DNA of 64,000 bases from contig DATJFP010000041.1 of NCBI GenBank assembly GCA_035495615.1, positions 857-64,856 on the forward strand. Direction: 5' to 3'. Within the stretch, counting starts at the first letter, position 1. Each line of letters opens with the position of its first letter. Both the position numbers and the translations under genes were made by a program. The notes below the pieces were generated by a model. It saw nothing but the letters and a program-made list of their open reading frames with translations, ran no database searches and was not told where the DNA came from. Source of the stretch: Verrucomicrobiia bacterium. Lineage in GTDB: Bacteria > Omnitrophota > Omnitrophia > Omnitrophales > Aquincolibacteriaceae. Shown piece after piece: positions 26,036 through 35,130 of the stretch.

Positions 26036-29000
26036 ATGGACATGGAAAAAGCGCTGGGTTGGCGCACGGAAAAATCGGGTTCTGCCGTTCAGAACGAAAA
26101 GTTAATCCAGTACATTAACTTGAAGCTGGCGGCCATGGGCTACCCTGTGTACGGCAGCAAAACCGATTCGGAATTTCTCGAGATCGCGCAGCCGCTGCTC
26201 AGCAATTACCAGGAAAAAAGCCGCATCCTCTCCAGCTTCCTTTGCCCGGCCGACCGCAGGATCCAGGACTTCCTCGACGATTATCTCAAAGACGTGGCGC
26301 CGGAAAAGCCCATCCGGCTGCCGGTCAATACGTTCATCCTGGACCGTCATGGGCTGGCACGCACGATGTCGCTGCCTCCCAATAAAGACAGCTTTGAATC
26401 CGACATCGTCAGCTCCTACCGGGTCAAGCAGGGCGTCCTTCACAATCCCAAAAGCGACCGGCGCACCACGCAGGGCGTTTTCCACATCGCCGAAGGCGGC
26501 TTCGCGATTCCCGACGACAAGACCGCGGTACCGAAGCTGGTGTTTGCCAACCTCCTGGCCGAAGCGCTGCGTCCGCCGCAGGACCTGCTGCGTCTGCCGT
26601 TTACTTCGGCGCAGAACGAACAGGCCGAGCTTTTTATTTCCCTGCTGCTGCGCCCGCTCGTCTGTCCCGCCGTGCACGGACGGATTCCGGAAAAAACCAT
26701 GGAGATCCGCTTCTTCGCGCCGGGCAATCTCGTGAGCAATCTGGACTTCGTCGAATCCATATTCGGAAACGCAGGCGACCCTTATCTCCCGGAAAACGAC
26801 GCGGCGCTTGACGCCTGGCACTGGACCGGCCACACCGGCTGCGTGATCCTCGCGCCGCACATGATCCACCTGAAAAAGAAAGACCTCGGGCTCCCCCATT
26901 ACGACCAGGCCACAGAACGCCAGCGGCGCGACCGCATGTGCTGGAAAAAAGAAAACGAGCCTTACAATGACGGTGACGCGTTCAAGATCACCTGCCGCGA
27001 CGAGCGCGGGATCATGGTCACGCTGATCGCGGACAATTATTTCGGGTACTGCAAAAAAGAGGTCAAAACACAGATCAGCTTTTCTTCCAATCTCTACGGC
27101 CTTTCCGAAGAAGAGCACGCCGGCGGCGCCATCGCTTTTCCCAGCTACGATCTCGGCGAAGAATTCTCCCTGGACCCCGCGATCTCGAGCAATGCCCTGA
27201 AATTCGCGGACGTCGTGCGCCTTTACGGTTCTTTCATGGACGTGAAGCCTGAGGGCTATGCCGTGGACAAAAAATACCCGCAGATCATTTACGTGCCCGA
27301 AGGCGCGGTCTTCAATCTCCAGCAGCAGTCGGTCACCTGGACCGTGGACGGCCGGGAACAAAAAATCCGCCTGATCGCGTCCAACCTCTACATGCTTCCT
27401 TCCGGGTATAAGATCCACATCAAGAAGCTGACCGGCGGGCACAACTGGATCCTGATCGGGACCGTGGCCGAGGGCACAACGTGCCACAAGCCGTGCACGG
27501 TGTCCGGCGGCGGCAAATCCGAAATTTCCAAATCCATCGTGGACGCCATGATCCAGGGGCCGATGTTTACCGCGGATTTTCACAAAGACTTCGAGCTCGT
27601 CGCCGAAATCATCGAGCGCGATTTCGGCAGCCGCTTCAAAGAAAAGTACATGAAAAAGCGCCCGAGCCGCCCGATCCTCAGCTCCAAACGCTCGCTGGGC
27701 TCGGTCATCAAGCTCTTCACGCCTTCGGCGGAATTCACGGACGAATACAACGACTGGCTGAAGTCCCTGCCGCCGCACATCAAGGACGTGATCTTCATCG
27801 TCAAGCGCCATTACCGCCGCCACTGGGGCAAGAACTGGCGCGAGCATTTCAGCGTGGACGTGGTCAACGGGCATCTCGGCCACGAGCTCAAATACGCGGG
27901 CCGCGAGCTCGTCTCCAATTACCTGCGCGTGGGCCGTGAAAAAGACGGCTCCTGGCGCATCTACCGCGTGCGCCAGGATTTCAGCCCGGCGCAAAAAGTC
28001 CAGACCGAAGACGACATCTCTACTTCCGTCGTCGTTCCCGGCGAGCACGTTTCCCCGGACCTTGCGGCTTCCGCCAAAAGCGTGAAGCTCGTCGCCAACT
28101 GCGAATACCGCCTCTTTCAAAGGCCCGACGACGCCATCCACCGCGGCTACGACAAACAGGCGGAACTGGATCTCGCCACGCCGGGGACATTCCTTTCCAA
28201 TTACGAGCCGCTCACCGCGAGCGACGCAAAAGAGCTGCTGCTGGATGCCATGGGCTTTGATCTCTACACGCCGCCGATGAAAAACCTGATCCAGGACTTC
28301 GTGGAAAAAGGCAGCCCGACTTATTTCGTGGCTTCCTCGCACCCTCGCGTCGTGGACGGCAAGCCTTCAAAAAATCCGCGCTATCTGCAGAACCGGCCGG
28401 ATCTGGTCAATCCCGTGCAGCGCTACTTCGCGGAAATGGGCGTGCGCCTCTGGCGCAAAATCCCCGAAGGGCAGCCGGTGCAGTTCACGGTAAACGCCGT
28501 GCTGCCGGGCCGCAGGAACAACCCGCGGGATGCCAAGAACAAAATCCCAGCGCTGGCTGTTTACAATCCGATCCATTACCAGGAACTGCCGGAACTCTTC
28601 ATGGATTTCGTCTGCAGCGTCACAGGAAAATCACCGTCCACGACGGGTTTCGGCTCCGAAGGCGCGCTGACGAAGGGCCCCTTCAACGCACTTTGCGCCA
28701 CGGCCGACCTGAACAACGCGCTTGTGTCCTACATCCTGACGGGCTATGCCGCCTTCTCTTCCGCTGCCGGCTATGTGGGCCCGAACTTCCAGGTAGACCA
28801 CGACGTCACGCTTCTCATCCCCGAGGTCTGGTCGCGCATGGCCGTGCATGAACGGGATCCGGAATTCCTGATCAAGAACCGGTATCTCGAAAAGCTGGAG
28901 GATTTTGAACATGAAGGGCGTGTGGTCAAAGCGAGCATCTTGGGCTACAGGATCACGCTCAAATTCATCCACGCATTTCTCGGCCGGATTTTCAGCAACC

Positions 29001-29536
29001 CGAATGCCGTCTTCCACGAAGAAATGCTCAAGCCCGAACAGCAGGACATGAGCATGTTCGCCGAAGGCATCGACAATCTCGTGGCCACGCAGAAAAGAGT
29101 CGCCCAGCATTATTTCAACGACGGCAGCATCGAGTCCGCGTGCCCGCCGCTCGCGGCGCTTCTTCACATCATGGCCCACGGCCATTATAATGGTAAAGAC
29201 CTCAATCATCCGGAAGTGAGGGGCATGTTCACGCACGATTACCTGATCGCGAGCCCATGGTACCAGGAAAGGCTGGCCATGAAGCAGCACCGGGAAGTCG
29301 CGCTATGGCAGCGGCACATCGCGTATCTCGAAAACTTTGTCTCCAAAGACAGCCATTACGAAGCCATTCAGGAGCTGCGGCTCAAAGAACGCCTCGAAGA
29401 AGCGCAGCGGCATCTTGAAATTGTGAAATCGCCTGCTTATCTCAAAATTCTGCACGGCACTATCGGTGCTGATCCTCTGCGGGGGCAGTTCCATGCATCC
29501 CGGCCGAATGTCAGTCTCGCCAAAGAACGAGTCTAA
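26036..29536 (+). CDS. very large conserved-looking cytoplasmic protein of unknown function (1166 aa)
   Basis: A single uninterrupted ORF with good codon usage, no signal peptide and no TM segment. RBS AAGGAAATCCT precedes the ATG at 26036. I recognise no catalytic motif apart from a P-loop-like SGGGKS near aa 490. Confidence 0.6.
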   Translation: MDMEKALGWRTEKSGSAVQNEKLIQYINLKLAAMGYPVYGSKTDSEFLEIAQPLLSNYQEKSRILSSFLCPADRRIQDFLDDYLKDVAPEKPIRLPVNTFILDRHGLARTMSLPPNKDSFESDIVSSYRVKQGVLHNPKSDRRTTQGVFHIAEGGFAIPDDKTAVPKLVFANLLAEALRPPQDLLRLPFTSAQNEQAELFISLLLRPLVCPAVHGRIPEKTMEIRFFAPGNLVSNLDFVESIFGNAGDPYLPENDAALDAWHWTGHTGCVILAPHMIHLKKKDLGLPHYDQATERQRRDRMCWKKENEPYNDGDAFKITCRDERGIMVTLIADNYFGYCKKEVKTQISFSSNLYGLSEEEHAGGAIAFPSYDLGEEFSLDPAISSNALKFADVVRLYGSFMDVKPEGYAVDKKYPQIIYVPEGAVFNLQQQSVTWTVDGREQKIRLIASNLYMLPSGYKIHIKKLTGGHNWILIGTVAEGTTCHKPCTVSGGGKSEISKSIVDAMIQGPMFTADFHKDFELVAEIIERDFGSRFKEKYMKKRPSRPILSSKRSLGSVIKLFTPSAEFTDEYNDWLKSLPPHIKDVIFIVKRHYRRHWGKNWREHFSVDVVNGHLGHELKYAGRELVSNYLRVGREKDGSWRIYRVRQDFSPAQKVQTEDDISTSVVVPGEHVSPDLAASAKSVKLVANCEYRLFQRPDDAIHRGYDKQAELDLATPGTFLSNYEPLTASDAKELLLDAMGFDLYTPPMKNLIQDFVEKGSPTYFVASSHPRVVDGKPSKNPRYLQNRPDLVNPVQRYFAEMGVRLWRKIPEGQPVQFTVNAVLPGRRNNPRDAKNKIPALAVYNPIHYQELPELFMDFVCSVTGKSPSTTGFGSEGALTKGPFNALCATADLNNALVSYILTGYAAFSSAAGYVGPNFQVDHDVTLLIPEVWSRMAVHERDPEFLIKNRYLEKLEDFEHEGRVVKASILGYRITLKFIHAFLGRIFSNPNAVFHEEMLKPEQQDMSMFAEGIDNLVATQKRVAQHYFNDGSIESACPPLAALLHIMAHGHYNGKDLNHPEVRGMFTHDYLIASPWYQERLAMKQHREVALWQRHIAYLENFVSKDSHYEAIQELRLKERLEEAQRHLEIVKSPAYLKILHGTIGADPLRGQFHASRPNVSLAKERV

Positions 29537-29575
29537 GCCGTTCTGCCGGACCTCCGGCCAACAGATAGGAAGCCT

Positions 29576-31195
29576 ATGAAAAAAGCCATTCCGTCTTTCG
29601 CCCGCGTCCTCCTGGCCTTCGCCGTTGTTTTTTTGCCATTTACCCCGTCCGTCCTGCCGCAGGATTCCTATATGCGTTTCCAGGACGCGCCTTTCCTGAG
29701 CTTCGATGACCTGCGCGCGCTCAGCATGGATCCGACGCCGAAGGGGACGCTAAAGGACCGGCTGGAAAAATTCTGGAAGACGCCCCTCATCAGCAATGAG
29801 GCTTACTACAACGGCGCGCGGCCGGAACCCAAGGCAAGCCCCGAGATGGGCCCCTACCTGCGCATCGCCACCTGGAACATTGAAAAGTCCTATCACATTC
29901 CCGAAGCCATCGAGGCCTTTACTTCCTCAGAAAAATTTCAGAGGCAGATCGACCCGCTGAAAGCGCCGGAAGGTTCCAAGAAATGGCACACCGTGATGGA
30001 TCAGCAGCAAAAGCTTATGGGCTCGGATATTATTTTTCTGCAGGAAATGGACATCGGCATCAAGCGATCCGGATACATCGACGCCCCGCGGGAGCTCGCT
30101 AAGGCACTGAACATGAATTACGCTTTTGCCGCGGAGCAGCTGGAAGTCGATCCCGTCATGCTTGGGCTCGAAGATCTGTATTACGACAACAAAAGCCCGG
30201 ACAAAGAAGCCACGGATTATTACCGCGTCGATGCCGCGAAGGAAAAAGGCGCTTTCGGCGTCGCAGTTTTGTCCCGTTACCCCATCAAAAAAGCGGAATG
30301 CTTCCAGCTGGATTACCAGGCCTATCACTGGTACACCATGGAAAAGCAAAAGGCGGGCTTCCTGGAAATCAGCCGTCGTTTCGGGGCCAAGACAGTCCTC
30401 AAAAACGAAGTCACCCGCGAAATGAAAGTCGGGGGCAGGATTTATTTCCGGGTCGACCTTGAAGTGCCGGGGATTCCCGGCAATACCTTGACTCTCATCA
30501 ACATCCACCTCGAAATTAAATGCCTGCCGAAGGCACGCGAGCAGCAGATGCGGGAAATCCTGAGCTACATCCGGGACATCAAAAACCCGGTGATCGTGGC
30601 CGGTGATTTCAATGCCGCGCCGACGGACATCAGCGCCACTTCCTTGCCGCGCGTGATCAAACGCACGGCCAAGAATCCCACGACCTGGTTCGCAGTCGGG
30701 GTTAATTACCTGACACCGCACGGTTTGATCATCAACAGCACGCGCACCGTGTCCAACATGACGAAAAATTTTCAAGACCCTCTTTCGAAAAACATTTCGG
30801 TCGTGGCGCCGAATCCGGTCTATGGGCTTTTCAAGGAGATCGAGGATTTCCGGTTCTCGGACGGCGGGGCGTTTGACTTCCGGGGAGACAAGGAACGTTC
30901 GGTCAATGGGAAACACGGAAAATTGTCTAATTCCAACCAGCGGGACAGGAAAGGATTCAAAACTTCTTTCAGCGTGAAGCGGCCGATCGGGCCTTTCGGC
31001 AAGTACCGCCTGGATTGGATTTTCGTGAAGTCCGTGCTGAAGGATCCGCTGGCCGACGCCGGTTCCTATAAATTATCGCCGCATTTCGGGGAGACGCTGG
31101 AAGAGATGAATACCAGCCTCCGCCAGCCCATTTCCGACCATCATCCGAGCATCGCGATTCTTCCGCTGGAAGAACCCAAGATCAAAAAGTCCTGA
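29576..31195 (+). CDS. secreted endonuclease/exonuclease/phosphatase (EEP) family protein
   Basis: Signal peptide. RIATWNIEK...IIFLQEMD...GDFNA are EEP catalytic motifs. 539 aa with a long C-terminal extension. Confidence 0.7.
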   Translation: MKKAIPSFARVLLAFAVVFLPFTPSVLPQDSYMRFQDAPFLSFDDLRALSMDPTPKGTLKDRLEKFWKTPLISNEAYYNGARPEPKASPEMGPYLRIATWNIEKSYHIPEAIEAFTSSEKFQRQIDPLKAPEGSKKWHTVMDQQQKLMGSDIIFLQEMDIGIKRSGYIDAPRELAKALNMNYAFAAEQLEVDPVMLGLEDLYYDNKSPDKEATDYYRVDAAKEKGAFGVAVLSRYPIKKAECFQLDYQAYHWYTMEKQKAGFLEISRRFGAKTVLKNEVTREMKVGGRIYFRVDLEVPGIPGNTLTLINIHLEIKCLPKAREQQMREILSYIRDIKNPVIVAGDFNAAPTDISATSLPRVIKRTAKNPTTWFAVGVNYLTPHGLIINSTRTVSNMTKNFQDPLSKNISVVAPNPVYGLFKEIEDFRFSDGGAFDFRGDKERSVNGKHGKLSNSNQRDRKGFKTSFSVKRPIGPFGKYRLDWIFVKSVLKDPLADAGSYKLSPHFGETLEEMNTSLRQPISDHHPSIAILPLEEPKIKKS

Positions 31196-31753
31196 TCACG
31201 CCTTCGGCAAAATCTTTTCCACGCTTTGCAGGAACTCCGGCGACAGCGGGTCTACTTTCGAGTCGAACCGCGCCACCACGTTTCCCTTGGGATCCACGAG
31301 GAATTTGTTGAAGTTCCACGTGATGGGACCCTTGAAATCCGTGGCCGTCGTGAGATAGCGGTAAAGCGGGTGCATGGCGTCGCCTTTCACGGGAATCTTG
31401 GAAAAAAGATCGAACGTGACTTTGAAACGCAAGTCACAGAACTTCTTGATTTCCGCGTCCGTGCCCGGCTCCTGTCCCCCGAAATCGTTCGAAGGAAACG
31501 CGAGCACCTTCAGCCCCGCGTCCTTATATTTCTCATACAAGGCTTCCAGCGAAGCGTATTGCGGCGTGTACCCGCACTGGGAAGCGGTATTGACGATGAG
31601 GAGCGCCTTTCCATCATACTGGGCGAGGTCGACCTCCTTGCCGTCAATCGTTTTCGCTTTAAAGTCGTGCACGTTCTGCGGCGCGGCCCCCGCGTTCATG
31701 ACGCCCATGAAGAAAATCGCCCCCATCCAAAGTCCTTTGAGATCCAAGCTCAT
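31196..31753 (-). CDS. gpx: glutathione peroxidase (Cys-type), secreted or membrane-anchored
   Basis: VHDFKAKTIDGKEVDLAQYDGKALLIVNTASQCGYT...FPSNDFGGQEPG is the Gpx signature with a catalytic Cys. There is an N-terminal hydrophobic segment. Confidence 0.85.
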   Translation of the reverse strand: MSLDLKGLWMGAIFFMGVMNAGAAPQNVHDFKAKTIDGKEVDLAQYDGKALLIVNTASQCGYTPQYASLEALYEKYKDAGLKVLAFPSNDFGGQEPGTDAEIKKFCDLRFKVTFDLFSKIPVKGDAMHPLYRYLTTATDFKGPITWNFNKFLVDPKGNVVARFDSKVDPLSPEFLQSVEKILPKA

Positions 31754-31774
31754 GTCGTTCTCCTGCTTTTAATT

Positions 31775-32167
31775 TTATTTGTCCAGCGATGCGCGTATTT
31801 GTTTGTCCAGCTCTTCGGGATTCACGGGCTTGGGAAGCACGGGCTTGGCGTAAAAGGGCCGCCCGTCCACCATGCCGAGAAAAAGTTCTTCCGTTCCCTT
31901 GACCGCAAGCGCGGTCATAAAGACGATCGGGACGTGCTTCAGCTCGTCGTCCGCCTTGATCTGCAGCGCCACGCTGCTGCCCCGCATGTCCGGCATGATC
32001 ACGTCCATCAGGATCAGGTCGGGCCGGAAAGACTTCGCGGCCGCGTGGGCCTTCGCCGCTTCCGTGACGGTCTCCACCTGGTAATTCCCCATGCTCTCCA
32101 GATTTTTTTTGACCATCTTGCAAAACATGGGCTCATCGTCGACCATCAGGATTTTTTTCTTTTCCAT
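31775..32167 (-). CDS. single-domain response regulator (CheY-like receiver)
   Basis: KKILMVDDEPMF...PDLILMDVIMPDM...PIVFMTA contains the receiver-domain Asp pocket and phosphoacceptor D. Confidence 0.85.
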   Translation of the reverse strand: MEKKKILMVDDEPMFCKMVKKNLESMGNYQVETVTEAAKAHAAAKSFRPDLILMDVIMPDMRGSSVALQIKADDELKHVPIVFMTALAVKGTEELFLGMVDGRPFYAKPVLPKPVNPEELDKQIRASLDK

Positions 32168-32170
32168 AAG

Positions 32171-33805
32171 CTACTCTTCCAGCATCCCCGCGTTTCCGCT
32201 TTCCGCAGTGTAGGGAATGGTTTTGAACATTAACGTGACCCGGGCGCCTCCGCCCTCGAGATTGCTCAGCTCGATCCATGCGTGATGCAGTTCGATGATC
32301 GTGCGGACAACCGCCAGGCCGAGCCCCGTGCCTCCGGTATCTCTTTTCGTCGTATAAAACGGATCGAAGATTTTGCTGAGCGCCTCTTCCGGAATGCCGG
32401 GCCCCGTATCGTCAATCTGGGCCACGGCCACTTTTTCTCCGGGCCGGAACAGGTCCGTGCTTCGATATCCCGTATTTTCTCCCACGGCGGCGACCGTATG
32501 CAAGAACGTTCTTACGGTCACGGTTCCCCTTTCTCCTACGGCCTGGGTGGCGTTCATGATCAGGTTGATGAAGACCTGCACGATGCGATTGGCGTCAAGA
32601 TGGATCTCCATGAGCCCGGGGTCCAGCTCCTTCTTGATCCTGATCTGATGCTTGTCGAATTCGTGCTTGGTCAGGCTGAGAGCCTTTTCGATAAGCGTGT
32701 TTAGGTTCTCGGACTTGAGATTCAGGCTGGAGGCCGCGGAAAAACCCAAAAGGTCTTTGACGACCCCGTCCGCTCGCAGCGCCGCTTCTTCCATGTCTTT
32801 GAGGACATCCAGCACGTCTTCCGTGCGGGAATCCGAGGCCGCGAGCCGCCTCAGATAATAAATTCCCTGGATCAAGATCGCGAGCGGATTCTTGACTTCA
32901 TGCGCGGCACCGGCCGCGAGGCGGCCCACCGACTTCATCTTTTCGATCTGGATAAGCTCGTTGGTGCGGCGGATGACTCGCTGCTCCAATTCCTGATTGA
33001 TCCGGTGCAGTTCTTCTTCCGCCCTTTTGCGCTCGGTGATGTCGCGGATGATGCCGATGGAGCCCGTAATGTTTCCCTGCGCGTCTTTCAACACGCTGAT
33101 CGAAATGTCGATGTCGATCACCTCGCCGCTTTTCTTGATCATTTTGGTTTCGAGATGATGCTGCATGCCTTTCTGCCGGATGTTGTAGGAGCGGATCTTC
33201 TTCCATTCCTCTTCGGAATAAAGCGTCTTCACGGGCCTCAGGTAGAGATCGACGTGGCCCATGCCCAGCAGATTCTCCGCGAAAGTGTTCCAGGAGATGA
33301 TGCGTTCCTGCGCGTCGGTCAGCGTGATGGCGACGGCCGAATTATCGAAAACCGTGCGGTATTTTTCTTCAGCCAGCTGCCGTTCGCGCTCGGCGCTGCG
33401 GCGCTCTGTGACGTCGCTCATGAGGCCGATGGAGCCGGTGATATTGCCGTCGGGATCTTTCAGCACGCTGATGGAGATTTCGATGTCGATGATTTCGCCG
33501 TCGTTTTTGATGGCCTTGGTTTCCAGGCGTTCGTGCATGCCCTTGTCGCGGATGTTGTAAGACCGGATTTTCTTCCACTCCGCTTCCGGATACAGCGAGC
33601 TGACCGGCCTGAGATACAAATCCTCCGGCCCCATGCCCAGGAGTTTTTCCGCGAGCTTGTTCCAGGAAATGATGCGTTCCTTCGCGTCGGTGACCGTGAT
33701 GGCCACGGCAGAATTTTCGAAAATGGTCCGGTACTTTTCCTCCGCCGCCCTGAGCTGCCGGATGGCTTCGTCGTCATTCAATTTCTTTTTCGAAGGTGCG
33801 GTCAC
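32171..33805 (-). CDS. sensor histidine kinase with two tandem PAS domains, HisKA and HATPase_c
   Basis: Two ~120-aa PAS units, ~70% identical, are followed by the H-box AAGAAHEVKNPL and N/G boxes (NLIMNATQA, DTGPGIPEE, GGTGLGLAV). It is cytoplasmic with no TM segment. Confidence 0.85.
   Translation of the reverse strand: MTAPSKKKLNDDEAIRQLRAAEEKYRTIFENSAVAITVTDAKERIISWNKLAEKLLGMGPEDLYLRPVSSLYPEAEWKKIRSYNIRDKGMHERLETKAIKNDGEIIDIEISISVLKDPDGNITGSIGLMSDVTERRSAERERQLAEEKYRTVFDNSAVAITLTDAQERIISWNTFAENLLGMGHVDLYLRPVKTLYSEEEWKKIRSYNIRQKGMQHHLETKMIKKSGEVIDIDISISVLKDAQGNITGSIGIIRDITERKRAEEELHRINQELEQRVIRRTNELIQIEKMKSVGRLAAGAAHEVKNPLAILIQGIYYLRRLAASDSRTEDVLDVLKDMEEAALRADGVVKDLLGFSAASSLNLKSENLNTLIEKALSLTKHEFDKHQIRIKKELDPGLMEIHLDANRIVQVFINLIMNATQAVGERGTVTVRTFLHTVAAVGENTGYRSTDLFRPGEKVAVAQIDDTGPGIPEEALSKIFDPFYTTKRDTGGTGLGLAVVRTIIELHHAWIELSNLEGGGARVTLMFKTIPYTAESGNAGMLEE
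33020..33760. repeat. intragenic tandem duplication, two units of ~369 bp at ~75% nt identity, encoding the two PAS domains
   Basis: Comparing 33020-33391 with 33392-33760 directly shows colinear similarity. The corresponding protein repeats are aa 16-138 and 139-262. Confidence 0.7.
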
Positions 33806-35004
33806 GCCGTTTCAGCCCCTTTCTCGCCGGCGGGAATTCGCATGCTGAAGCAGGAGCCTTTGCCGGGCTCGCTTTGAACGCCGACGGAACCGCCGTGGGA
33901 CTCCGTGATTTTTTTGACCAGGCTGAGGCCCAGCCCGGTACTGTCCTGCTTCTGCTGGCGCGATTTCCGTACGTTGTAGAACGGCTCGAAAATGCCGCCC
34001 AGGTCCGCGGTGTCGATACCGATGCCCGTGTCCTCGACGCGGATCAGCAGGAAATCTCCGGCCCTTTCCGCGCCGACCACAATCCTGCCGTTCTCGCGGT
34101 TGTACTTGATGGCATTGCTGATCAGATTGCTCACGGCCTCCTTGATCCAGTCTGGGTCGCAGTAAACCTTTTCCAGGGGCCCTTTGATTTGGAGTGAGAG
34201 ATCGATCTTTCTTGCCTCGGCCTGCGGCTTGAAAAAAATGACTTCCTGCTCGAGCCATTCCGCGGGATCGGTCCACTGCTTGGCCATCTTCAGGCTTTCG
34301 GATTCGATCTTCGCGAGATCGAGAAGATCGTTAAGAAGCCGGTGCAGCCGTTCGGCACCCATGCGCACGCGGCTGAGAAAAGTCGTCTGTTTCTCGTTCA
34401 GCGTGCCAATGTGGCCTTCGAGAAGCATGGAGATGTAACCGTGGATCGATGTGAGCGGAGTGCGCATCTGGTGGGACGCAGTGGACAGGCGCTCGGTCTT
34501 GACGATCTCGTCCTTTCTCAATTTCTCGTGGGCATTTCCCAATTCCTGGGCGAATTTGTAAAGCTCCTGGTTGACGCCCGCGAGTTTCTTAATCGTGAGG
34601 CTGATGTCTTCCCCGGCCGCATTCGCGGACACGACGTGCCGCAGCAGGCGCAAAAAAATTCCCGCATTGCCGTCGCGCGGAACAAAATAATGCCGTGCGC
34701 CTTTTTCCAGGGCGGCGACCGCCTCTTCCTCCCGCGAAGGTTCCGCAAGGATGAATAGCGGCAGCGACGGCGCGGCCACGGCCAATTTGGCCGCAGCTTC
34801 CGCCGCGGAAATTCCCGGAAGGTCGAGCGAGAGGAGCGCGGCATGAAACGTTTCCTGCGGGATAAGTTTCAAGGCGTCTTTGAGCGAAGCCGCGGTGGTC
34901 ATCGCAGGCGCGCCGGGAAGTTCCCGGAGGGATTTCATGAAAAGGCCGGCCGGCCCCTTTTCGGGGGCGATCCAAAGCAGGTTTATCGGTGCAGGTGTTT
35001 CCAT
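33802..35004 (-). CDS. histidine kinase with an N-terminal receiver-like domain
   Basis: C-terminal H-box (HQMRTPLTSIHGY), N box (SNAIKYN), and G boxes (DTGIGI, GLGLSLV) are present. The N-terminal ~120 aa resemble a receiver domain (LLSLDLPGIS). The gene overlaps the downstream PAS-kinase gene by 4 nt. Confidence 0.8.
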   Translation of the reverse strand: METPAPINLLWIAPEKGPAGLFMKSLRELPGAPAMTTAASLKDALKLIPQETFHAALLSLDLPGISAAEAAAKLAVAAPSLPLFILAEPSREEEAVAALEKGARHYFVPRDGNAGIFLRLLRHVVSANAAGEDISLTIKKLAGVNQELYKFAQELGNAHEKLRKDEIVKTERLSTASHQMRTPLTSIHGYISMLLEGHIGTLNEKQTTFLSRVRMGAERLHRLLNDLLDLAKIESESLKMAKQWTDPAEWLEQEVIFFKPQAEARKIDLSLQIKGPLEKVYCDPDWIKEAVSNLISNAIKYNRENGRIVVGAERAGDFLLIRVEDTGIGIDTADLGGIFEPFYNVRKSRQQKQDSTGLGLSLVKKITESHGGSVGVQSEPGKGSCFSMRIPAGEKGAETA

Positions 35005-35130
35005 ATTCTCCCGGCTTCAGGCCGGCCTTCGCTTCTATAAATATATACGCCCCTTGGAGGAAAGCCAAACGGCAGGCCACGATGTTATTGACACTCCCCG
35101 GTAAAAGCCCCATGATGGAACATCTTACCC

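Noticed and set aside
27481-28000. P-loop-like and PEPCK-like motifs (SGGGKS, AFPS, GDAF) in the giant orphan as evidence for a PEP carboxykinase assignment.
   Set aside because: The motif order is not colinear with GTP- or ATP-PEPCK (the DDIAW-like block precedes the P-loop-like block). Such short matches are expected by chance in 1166 aa. It is kept only as a speculative hypothesis.
26102-28342. 746-aa minus-strand ORF antisense to the giant orphan. Likewise the 724-aa ORF 41794..43968 (+) antisense to glnN, the 573-aa ORF 60685..62406 (+) antisense to treS, 18226..19173 (+) antisense to the YheT hydrolase, 4477..5232 (-) antisense to murQ, and 31226..32233 (+).
   Set aside because: These are typical high-GC antisense shadow ORFs. 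Their translations are Arg/Gly/His/Asp-rich with no motifs, whereas the opposite-strand genes have clear family signatures and RBSs.
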